Shown here piece after piece: positions 38,601 to 48,600 of a DNA stretch of 64,000 nucleotides. Origin of the DNA: Klebsormidium nitens (Eukaryota > Plantae > Klebsormidiophyceae); the NCBI GenBank assembly GCA_000708835.1, contig DF237243.1:33691-97690 (forward strand), given 5' to 3'. Positions within the stretch are counted from its first letter, which is position 1, and each line of letters opens with the position of its first letter. The position numbers and the translations under genes are program-made. Under the pieces are notes generated by a model. The model saw nothing but the letters and a program-made list of their open reading frames with translations, did no database searches and was not told the origin of the DNA.

Positions 38601-41408
38601 TGATCACAACCTAAACCGCCTTCTCATTTGATGTTACTGACCTCGTCGGGGTGGTCCAGGAAGTGGCGCCAGGTAAAAGCAATGAGCGCGTCCTCCGACC
38701 GCGGCCGCCCGTCGGGATCGTCCGCGAAAGTGCACGGCTGATTGGGGACCTGGTACAGAACCGCCGTCACGCTGTGCGTTTTGACCGCTAGCCTGCAGAG
38801 ACAAGAACACGCAGATTTCGCGACTTTTGTTCGTTTTCTTGTAGTTTATTTGTGTCGATCTTGTAATGTCGTGTTCTCCGCGCCGAGTGCACGGCTGGTT
38901 GGGCACCTGGTACAAAACCGCGTCAGGCTGTGCGTTTTGACCGCGAGCCTGCGGAAACAAGAAAAAGTTGACATTGTTGTTCGTTCGTTTCTTCGCTTAC
39001 TATCGTGTCGCCCGCAAAAGTGCGCGGCTGGTTGGGCACTTGGTACAGAACCGCCGTCACGCTGTGCGTTTTGACGGCAAGCCTGCAGACCGAAAGCATC
39101 ATTTCCTTTATTGAAGCGTCTTCGCTTTAGTCGTCTCCAATTTGTTGCTCAAGGGCTCATTCTCTCGACAACGTCGTCTTACACTGTTCTTCCGGTACAG
39201 CCGTCACGCTGTGCGTCCTGTTCGCGAGCCTTGCAGAGACAGAAGACTTTAGGAGCTGCTTTGTCGTTCGCATTTGAGCTTACTGTCGCGTCGTCAGAGG
39301 ATCGAGGGACCATCCGAAGGCCTGGCTTGACCGCCCTAGCTGATGCGCAAAGGTGGAAAGAGGGTGAAAGAGTTGATTCGCTTATCGCTCGTCTTCTAAG
39401 GCGCTCGGAAAGTGGACTTGCAAGGAGGATCTATTCTCAGCCTTACGTACGAGCTTGAGCTAGGACCCTTGAACCAGCAGAGCTGTGATTCTCATGGTCT
39501 GACCGAGACTGAAATTGTTTTGTACTCTAGGTTGCAGCGAGCGCAGATCGCGAAACTAGGCACTTACGCAGCCGCCATCAGGATGAAAGAGTCGAACGCC
39601 GTCGGTGGGGGGCTCGTATTGCTCCCCTCGCTGACCAGGAGGAGCGCCGTGCGAGTGAACTGGAGGTTGCCAGGGACGATGACCACCAGCGTATGCGTCC
39701 ATACGCTGCAGCTCGTATCCTTTTCCGTGAGGCACCTGCAAACTAACGGGGGTTGAGTTGATGCTCCTATGGCTTTGGAAAAATGTTTCGTGCTAAATTT
39801 TTGCGAGCCGGCGGCAGCGTTTGGAAGTGTTTCGTGCGCCTGCATGTACAACTGCATATTACTCTCAAGTGCAGGAATATTACAATCACCGGACGGGTAG
39901 AGTTGATTCAGGGTGTTAGGGTGGTTAGTGTGCGGAGCGGGCACAACCGGAGGTTAGACTATTTATTCTCTTGTAATCGAAGGGGCTTATTAAATCTGAA
40001 CTCGAAACACATCATCTGCAGGGCATCGAGGGTCAAGTATGTGCTCTTTGAAGCAACTTTCCTGTGCTAGCCACTGGCCTTATCTGCAGATAAGGTGACT
40101 TCTTCTTTGTCGCACACACAGACTCCCAAGGAAAGAAACAATGAGAACCGGATCTTAAGTTTGGAGGACCCTTTCTAGTTGATGTCATCACACCATAATA
40201 GCAACGAGGGGATTCGGGTCAATGGCGGCAAGCAAGCAGGACTTTTAACGAGATGTGCCGCTGCACTTAGAGACCACAAACAGGAGGCAGAGTTCCCAAA
40301 TCCACCGAACTTTGTGCTCCCTCAATGTTGGAAATTAGACAGAGCAGCAGCGCAGGGGGGGGCGAATGCGACGGCATACCGCTGGCTCGTCATATTGAGC
40401 ATGTGTCCCGTCCATGTCGAGAACGGCAGCACGCCGTGCATGACTCGGCCAGTCTCGTGCCATCTGCAATGGCAAATAATACCAACGCGCTCGACGAAAG
40501 GAAATCTGGTCTGATTGCATCATTTCGATTCGTTTCTTATGAACGTGGCCTGGGGAGATACACAGTAAGGGTGAACATCTGAAGGAGATAAGTGCACCAG
40601 TGAACAGTGAGCATCAGGAACAAATGCAAAGGCTGTTCCGCGAAACACCCTTCGCATTTGTTCCTGATGACCGCTTAGCAAAGTATTGAAGGTGAAACTG
40701 TGAATAACCGATGACGACTTTCAGAACCTTCTTCATTAGTCATTCCAGCTCCTTGCCTGCTTCAGGAAGCGAGATCAAGGTCGACGGAACACCGTTTTCT
40801 GTACCAAATGAACGTGGGCTTAAAGAGCTTAGAGCAATCCCTCAGATGGTCAATGTACTATCTGGTGAACTTTCCGGAGTCATGTCAACAGAAGGACCCA
40901 CGAAACGAAGTTAACAGTACTAGCCGAGGCTCCATCAAGTGAGCAGAACAAAGAGGTGCACAACCGGATTTACTCACAAAAGACACCGTGCCCTATTCAA
41001 TCCTGCGCGCAGCTAGAGCTAGATTGCATATCTGATATAAGGACATGCCAGGAGCATAAGATGGTCCAAGATCCTCCAAAAGCATGTGCTTCTGAGGAGA
41101 AGCGTCTTTCTATGGGTTTTCCTATTTCTCAGCCATAGACAGACCCGCTTTGATAAATGGACATTGAAAGCTTTTCACCAAAGCTCGCGTGTGCGTCGAT
41201 CTCTTGTTCCTCACCCGTAAGCCACATCCACTTTGGCGACATACTCATCGAGCGCCGTCCCGCTGACCGGAGCGCGTGCAAAGCTCGAGTTGCTCGCATC
41301 AGCACATGGGGCTTGGCAGATGATCCGAGCATAGCTAGGACAGATTGCGAAAGCTACCACTAGGAGGCTGAGCCTAGGAACTAGGTGCGACGCCATTTTT
41401 GAAAACAT
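32609..41408 (-). CDS. PhoPQ-activated pathogenicity-related protein (PqaA)/AprA-family alpha/beta-hydrolase-like protein, ~11-12 exons, with signal-peptide-like N-terminus
   Basis: Spliced exons give TALDEYVAKVDVAY/GW, GHMLNMTSQ/R, VWTHTLVVIVP, VLYQVPNQPCTF...RSEDALIAFTW, ARFPMVKAAVRAMD, FAVVGASKRGWVAWL, LGGWPFTFRDYY, MPKLLVTTSQDEFF, FWDALPGEKH...NTEH, RRDFR and VVPDTYPF. The last exon may splice further at 32635. Confidence 0.9.
35200..35785 (-). repeat. Four ~170-bp tandem copies of the acceptor plus first ~70 nt of the long PqaA exon
   Basis: On the minus strand cag|CCGC(T/G)T(C/T)TT...GGGACGC...GAGAAGCACGC...CACGGAGCA occurs at the true exon (35271) and at ~35441, ~35598 and ~35771. The most distant copy is the most diverged. 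Confidence 0.85.
35955..36137. mobile_element. ~180-bp MITE-like element with ~47-bp terminal inverted repeats, in a PqaA intron
   Basis: Left tcgattatgttcagttaggtgtatgttgagttagatcagtaccccggg versus the reverse complement of the right end, tcgaatttatgttgagttacggctatgttgagttaggtcatgcccggg. The interior is C/A-rich. Confidence 0.7.
38720..39240 (-). repeat. Four ~140-155 bp tandem copies of the acceptor plus 5' part of the PqaA exon LAVKTHSVTAVLYQVPNQPC
   Basis: The true exon begins at 38792. Copies with their own AG acceptors lie at ~38948, ~39081 and ~39228. Confidence 0.88.
40612..40669. other. 21-bp-stem inverted repeat (hairpin) in PqaA intron 1
   Basis: catcaggaacaaatgcaaagg-(16 nt)-ccttcgcatttgttcctgatg; one mismatch in 21 bp. 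Confidence 0.85.
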
Positions 41409-43334
41409 TGCGTTGCAGGTGGTCTCTATGGTTGTTTAGCTGGTTGATATGGTGGAGGATTGTGTGTACCCCGGCTTTCATCATATTTGCCTGCTACTAA
41501 CCTAGCACTAACTCAGCGCTGCTTCAGTACCTGACTGGGCCTGGTTAACAGCAGGTTTACTTGCTGCAAATATGAGGCTCGGGGGAGACCACGCATCTTT
41601 GTCCTGCCTGTAAGAAGCAAGAGAATTTGATGAGTCTAAAAGCTGTAGCTTCTTGTCAGAGGTCCAAGAGTTGTGGCCGCATTGGGTCTCTTTCAAAAAC
41701 TTTCTCAACAGGTCTTAGGAGGGTCAGTTTTCTGTGCCTTGGATGCACTTATTCCATGCAGACACTTGTTTTTGACAGCGGTCAAATTTTAAGAAGTAGC
41801 AAGGGGGGGCAAGGTCCTTCTTTGGGGCATGGTTTTGTTGGGCCTCACTGTCCTGGATTTGCTTGGAAAAGCAGTGGCAAGTAAACTGTTTTCAAGCTGC
41901 AGGTTTGTCTTTGACTTACTCTCAAGGGAAGGTAGATACCAGCTTGCCAAGCTGGAATTGACCACGCCGTAAAGAACGGTTACTGAAACAAGGTTGCTTA
42001 GCCATGCACTCAAAACCGGAAGTTGCAAACGAACATGCTCGCTGTACACGAAATGGTCCCGTGTTTCATTCATTCAGTCTCATCAAACAAGCCAGCAGCA
42101 GTCCTAGTGGGCAATGCAGTGAGTCTTGCCAGCTGCTCAAAAGAAAGACATTTGAATCGTTCTGAGAGGGCGGTCTTGAAAATGGTTTTCACTGACCTGC
42201 GCACCACTCTGCTGCGCCCTGACTTGAAAGAATTTACACGCCCAATGACCGGACCATCAGTGGGAGCTATGCTCCTGCCCCCATGCATTTGTCCCTATGC
42301 ACGTTTGTTTGAAGCTTGATTGCAAATGATGAGTAGGCGATGGTGATGAAGTATATGTCATGCTGAGCGCCTCATCTAGAGAGCTGCACCATGAAAAGCG
42401 CTACAGCTCATTGTCTTAGTCATCAGACGGCAGCGGTTACAAATGGATGTGAGCAAGTGTAGGCTGAAACAGTGGAAGTCCATGAAGGTGCCGCCATTCC
42501 TGCCAAAGACGAAGAGGCCCAAGCATTCTGGGCTGCAGAATAAGCCGGCCGCGCAGCGATAAGCGGCCATGCCTGTGCGACCATGTGCTATATGCATGAG
42601 GGTCCGGTCGCGGGGCGGCGCGAGGCTACAATCCCACCCAACTCAGGGTTTTCATCGAGACCGTCCATAGAGGTGGCAGCCTTTTGGGCACCGTCGATCC
42701 GGGATGTCTTCAGAGGGGGGACCCGGGCACGGCGAAGTGCCCGGTTTGGCTCTTGCTTCGTTCAATTTCACCGTCGATGGCCCCTATGGGGCTAATCAAC
42801 GATGCAGATGGTTTGTGCTCATTATAGCCCGTGAGTGCTCAGATGATTGGGATGAGTCGGTGAACAAAGGTGAGTCAGTCGACAACACTGAGTGCACATG
42901 CTAATAACTTGCATAGCCTAACTTTGCTTGTCAACCTGAAATAATTGCCACTAGCCTCTTTTACTGTTTCAAGCCGTGTTGTCTGTGAGCAAATGGGTTG
43001 TGGTGGGAACACTGCTCAGAGCGTCTTGAAGGGGTCACCGGGTGTCACAACAGTGTCCAGAGACATATTATTGGTATGTGGCAAGCATAGGTTGGCTGCT
43101 GAGGCTGCACGACATACAAGGCGAAGGGAGGTCAAAGGCGGATTTTGCCGAAGGAAGCAGCGTGTTGCTCGCAGCCGCAGTTAGGAAAGTACGACACACT
43201 GCAGCAGCTTCACAGCTTCAAGGATCGTCATTTGAAAGTGAGCAAAAGAGGTCTTCATTCACATCACAGTCCGACCACTGGAACCTTATTGCGAGATCTG
43301 GCTTCCTTGTAGCCTTCCACAAACACTCGCAGCT

Positions 43335-45480
43335 TGGACCGAGATTTGCCTGNNNNNNNNNNNNNNNNNNNNNNNNNNNNNNNNNNNNNNNNNNNNNNNN
43401 NNNNNNNNNNNNNNNNNNNNNNNNNNNNNNNNNNNNNNNNNNNNNNNNNNNNNNNNNNNNNNNNNNNNNNNNNNNNNNNNNNNNNNNNNNNNNNNNNNNN
43501 NNNNNNNNNNNNNNNNNNNNNNNNNNNNNNNNNNNNNNNNNNNNNNNNNNNNNNNNNNNNNNNNNNNNNNNNNNNNNNNNNNNNNNNNNNNNNNNNNNNN
43601 NNNNNNNNNNNNNNNNNNNNNNNNNNNNNNNNNNNNNNNNNNNNNNNNNNNNNNNNNNNNNNNNNNNNNNNNNNNNNNNNNNNNNNNNNNNNNNNNNNNN
43701 NNNNNNNNNNNNNNNNNNNNNNNNNNNNNNNNNNNNNNNNNNNNTAGAAGATCAATGGTGGATTCTTGGTACACGCCATCAGTTACAAGAGAAAGACAAT
43801 GGGATGGACGTTCCTGAAGAGCAGCCCATGTACCGAGATTTGCCTGTTTCTTTCTAGAAGATAAATGGTGGATTCTCGGTACACGCCATCAACTACAAAG
43901 TCTGCAGAAACTCAACAGAATGGCTTTGCCCTGTGAAAATCACGAGCATGTACCGAGATTTGCCTGTTTCTCTTTAGAGTAGTATTCGTGGAATCTTGGT
44001 ACACGCCATCAACTACAAACTCTGGAGAAACTGGAATAATCACAAGCCTGTACCAAGTTTGCTTGTTTCTCTCAGAGTAGTAATCGTGGATTCTTGGTAC
44101 ACGCCGTCATTTACAAGAGAACACACGGTGGAATGGCCGACCCTCAGCACGGTGGGGATGTACCAAGTTTTCCCCTTTCTCTTTAGAGTAGTTATTTGCA
44201 GTTCTTGGTACACGCAGTCACTGGGTACGGTTACAGGAGAAAAGTCAGTAGAATGGCCGACCCATTTACAAGAGAACACACGGTGGAATGGCCGACCCTC
44301 AGCACGGTGGGGATGTACCAAGTTTTCCTCTTTCTCTTTAGAGTAGTTATTGGCAGTTCTTGGTACACGCCGTCAGTTACAAACTCTGGAGAAGGTCAGT
44401 GGAATGGCCGACCCTGCAGCGTACCAAGATTGCCTGTTTCTNNNNNNNNNNNNNNNNNNNNNNNNNNNNNNNNNNNNNNNNNNNNNNNNNNNNNNNNNNN
44501 NNNNNNNNNNNNNNNNNNNNNNNNNNNNNNNNNNNNNNNNNNNNNNNNNNNNNNNNNNNNNNNNNNNNNNNNNNNNNNNNNNNNNNNNNNNNNNNNNNNN
44601 NNNNNNNNNNNNNNNNNNNNNNNNNNNNNNNNNNNNNNNNNNNNNNNNNNNNNNNNNNNNNNNNNNNNNNNNNNNNNNNNNNNNNNNNNNNNNNNNNNNN
44701 NNNNNNNNNNNNNNNNNNNNNNNNNNNNNNNNNNNNNNNNNNNNNNNNNNNNNNNNNNNNNNNNNNNNNNNNNNNNNNNNNNNNNNNNNNNNNNNNNNNN
44801 NNNNNNNNNNNNNNNNNNNNNNNNNNNNNNNNNNNNNNNNNNNNNNNNNNNNNNNNNNNNNNNNNNNNNNNNNNNNNNNNNNNNNNNNNNNNNNNNNNNN
44901 NNNNNNNNNNNNNNNNNNNNNNNNNNNNNNNNNNNNNNNNNNNNNNNNNNNNNNNNNNNNNNNNNNNNNNNNNNNNNNNNNNNNNNNNNNNNNNNNNNNN
45001 NNNNNNNNNNNNNNNNNNNNNNNNNNNNNNNNNNNNNNNNNGTTATTTGCAGTTGTTGGTACACGCCGTCAGTTGAACGAGAAAGTCAGTAAAATGGCCG
45101 ACCCTGCAGCGTACCAAGATTGTCTCTCTCTCTTTAGAGTAGTTATTGGCAGTTCTTGGTACACGCCGTCAGTTACAAGTTCTGGAGAAAGTCAATGGAA
45201 TGGCTTTGCGCTGTAAAAATCACAAGCATGTACCAAGATTGCCTGTTTCTCTTTAGAGTAGTTATTTGCAGTTGTTGGTACACGCCGTCAGTTGAACGAG
45301 AAAGTCAGTGGAATGGCCGACCCTGCAGCGTACCAAGATTGTCTCTCTCTCTTTAGAGTAATTATTGGCAATTCTCGGTACACGCCGTCAGTTACAAGAG
45401 AGAGCCAATAGAATGGCCGCCCTGCAAGGACGTACCAAGATTGCCTCTGTCTTCATAGATCAGTTATTGGCACTTCTTAA
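43335..45480 (+). repeat. Tandem array of ~100-120 bp units, each with a ~52-53-bp imperfect palindrome (GTACCAAG...CTTGGTAC); interrupted by two assembly gaps
   Basis: At least 12 complete or partial units visible. Cores start at e.g. 43830, 43950, 44050, 44160, 44315, 44421, 45111, 45231, 45330 and 45442. Consensus gtacc(a/g)agattgcctgtttctctttagagtagttattggcagttct(t/c)ggtac-acgccgtcagttacaa plus a 30-50 nt variable but mutually related linker. Confidence 0.92.
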
Positions 45481-45676
45481 GATATACGCCATTGCCATTG
45501 GCCTATGTCTCAAGATCCACTCGACGCTCTTTCATACTGGGCACGTGCGTCTCTTCATACAAGTGCAGAGTCAACCGTCATTCCGTCAGATGTTGGTAAG
45601 AGGTCAGCCAACTATGCTTGGTATACTTAGAGGAATGCGTTTTGTCATATTGATAACTTTGTTACCTTCGTGCAGG

Positions 45677-48600
45677 ATGGCATCGACCGTGCTTGTCGTC
45701 GGCGCACCTCTGCTCCTCACCTCGACCGCTCCGGAGTCCAACGCCGGCTTGCACTCCACGCTGGCTGCTGGCGAGCAAGTTCGGGCCTTTGCCGCCATCA
45801 CGATCGGCGGGTCCGACGGCTGCTCTTCTCAACCCGATCACAAAGTCACGTTCTCGGACCTGAGGACCGTTCCGGCTGCAGTCACACCGTTGCCAAACGC
45901 CGGAGGAGTACGAGGAGGGCATCCGTCCTACACCGCACGACGAGCGCACGGTGACTTCCTCTTCGACTACGGGTTCGCCTTCTGCCTCCATCAATCGCAG
46001 GCGTTCACGAAGCGCGGTTTTGGATCCACTTGCATCGGAAGCACGTGCATGGGGAAGGTGCCCCTCTACTCCCGCAGTTTGGATCCTTTCCTCTGGGATC
46101 GGAAAAGGAACCGTGGCGGTGCGATCATCTGCCCTGGTGGAGGAGGTCACCTTCTCTGCCTCCGCTGTCTTGACGCGCTTTACGCTGGGGGTCGGCCGTT
46201 CGTTTCAACCGCCACGGGGGAGGTCGTTGACCTTGGTGACCTCTTCAGGAAGTACGAGGCCTTCCCCGCCTCGGGGGAGCTGAAGGAGGCACAGCTGGGG
46301 CAATCTGCGGCGGAGGGGGGACACCAGTTCTTCGTACAAAGACGGGATCTGGTCGCATGCCCGTTCTGCAAGGAAAGTCGACAACGAAACCGGGGCCGCC
46401 CTGAAAGGAAGAGGCTCGAATCCGGGCCGACTCCGAAGGAACTCGGCTCAGCCGCGATCTTTGCGGAGTTGAAGCGAAGCGCGGTTCCTCCAACGATCAT
46501 CGCACCCGGCCTCTTTCTCCTGCCGCAACTGGACGTCAACTGCCGGCTCATCGACATCTCGTTGAGGGACGGAAGGCCCGTCAACGTCCCCAGGCTCGTC
46601 CAGGTGGACCACTTGGGTGACTACACCTGCATGTGCGGCCAGAGGGCGTGCAGAGAGCACGACATCCGTTTTCTCAGAGAAATCGCTTTTCTCGACGGAT
46701 GGTGGCAGTCGGTTTCGAAGGAGGTCGAGCCCCTCTTCGGCTCGTTCAACGGCAAAAGAGGTTCGCACGGGAGGTGACGGGTACCGGACTCGGACGAGTG
46801 CTCCCACTTGATCGGGACGGTCAGCTTGGAGTGCCTCTGACTGGCCTCAATGCGGAGGCCTGGCTGGGGCCGCAGCTGCGCGTCTTTGTGACCTCTGAGG
46901 GAGCCGATGACTCTCCGGCGGTCTGCGTGCTCGGTGGAATGAGCGCCTTCTGCAGCAGATGCTCGGAACGGGAGCGGTGTCCGCACGTACAGAGGGTGCT
47001 TACAGCAACGGGGGTGGGAGATGGGGTTCAGAGCGGGCCTGCTCACAAGGCTACCGAGAGGGCAGCAACAAACTCGGACAAGCGTGCGGAGAGGTCAGCG
47101 CTTCGAGCGTCGGGACAGAGGAACATCTGGGTCTGCAACGACCCCATGTGTCGAAGGCCCGACTCAAAGGCTGCGTGCGTGCATGGAGGCACGCTCGAGG
47201 AGTGGGAGTGCCTCCCTGCAGCAGCCTTGGACATGGGGCACAGCCACAAGAAGATCGACACAGTCATGAGCAGGGGTGGGCAGCAGGTCACGAGCCTCTG
47301 CGAACGATGGGGTGATGAGGGGATCCGGAGGCGGGATGGGGCAAAGTACTTCTGCGCGCCGAGGCCCGTTGAACCGCTCTCACCTTGCGGGCGGCTATGG
47401 CAACTGGAGAGCAGGAGAGGATCGCTCTATACGGCTGGGGCGCGGTATCCGGTGATGACGTACCGGCGGGTGTGTACAACCGCACCAGGACGAGAGGCGG
47501 CGTGCTGCTCGGTGGCTTACGACGGTCAGGTAAGATCTAGTTCTCACCACCTGGACCAATTACCGATTGCTCCGTGTTTATTGCACTTTGTGCACGCCGT
47601 TGCTTTTTCCTTTTAGCCTTAGCACCTTGGAATGCTTTGAAGCACTCTGGCCCGCCGTGTGTCCGAATGGCAAGCTTATGCACGTCGGATTTCAGATAAT
47701 ACCGGGTCTTTAGCCTCTTTTCTGGATGCGGCACCCATTGCAAGTTGGACAAGTCTTGTACGTGATACAACTTGCGCGCCTCAAGAGTGGTCAAGCAGCC
47801 AAGTAGCGACTCGTACCCTGTATGAATGCAATAATCGCAGACTACAAGCTCCTCGTGGGGAGGCAACGGCCACACCAAATCAGTAAGACGGCCGCACTTG
47901 GAGCAAGCTTGCCACGGCCGGATCTCCATCAGCGGTTTAGGACCAGGTGTTCGATTGAAAGGCACCGGGAATTCGTGCATCACACCTCCAATATACGCTT
48001 GGGCGTCTTTGCAGGTTGATGCGGAAGCTGCCAAGTCTCGAAGAGAAAGGGCACCCTTTTGACCGATGACGCTCAATGCTGAGGCGAACTTCTCATTTGC
48101 AGCCATGGTTGTCCCTTTAAGACGCCAATCAAAACTACTGGTTGGTTTCAAACGTAGGATTCGAATGATTGAATGTATCTCTCTATTTCCTTGCAGGAGG
48201 ACGCCATCTTCAACTTCTCCGGGACGACGCTCATCTCGCACGGCCTCCTGCTGCGCAACCACTTTGCGGCAGCCTTGGGTGCTTCCCATTCGCTCAACTT
48301 TGACGCCAACGACATGGCGACCAGAAGCCTTGAAGGCCCGAGCGCATCCAGGCTGGACGACCGCGTCTTTGACGCAGCGATGCAGGCCTTCAACGATCTC
48401 GCAGCCCGGCCTCGGATCCAGCACGTCTGCAAACGTCCTGATTGCGCTCATCTGTACACGTCTGAAGTTCGAGCTGCTGAGGCAGACGCAGCGAGAGCTG
48501 GGTACCCACTCCAACCGGAGCGGACCGAGGGGTCGCCCCTGAACCTTTCAACCTACGCCTTCAGCCGGGATAAGGTCATCACGTTCGACGGCACATTTTT

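Noticed and set aside
38745-39070. Shared motif ggtaca...cgccgtca between the PqaA intron repeats and the palindromic arrays
   Set aside because: In PqaA it is the reverse complement of coding sequence (VTAVLYQ); the short match is most likely coincidental.
43042-45216. Long ORFs listed across 43-45 kb and 53.8-55.2 kb
   Set aside because: They are artefacts of translating N gaps and repeats.
43335-45480. Calling the left array a CRISPR array
   Set aside because: Linkers are homologous to each other (shared gaatggc(c/t) core, near-duplicate linkers), the repeats exceed usual CRISPR length, and no cas genes are present.
45365-45676. N-terminal extension of the 470-aa ORF starting inside the array
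   Set aside because: It lies in decayed repeat sequence and includes a probable intron (45596-45675); ATG 45677 is the more plausible start.
46740-46780. Programmed -1 ribosomal frameshift in the KDZ gene
   Set aside because: No canonical slippery heptamer at either shift; a simple indel is more parsimonious.
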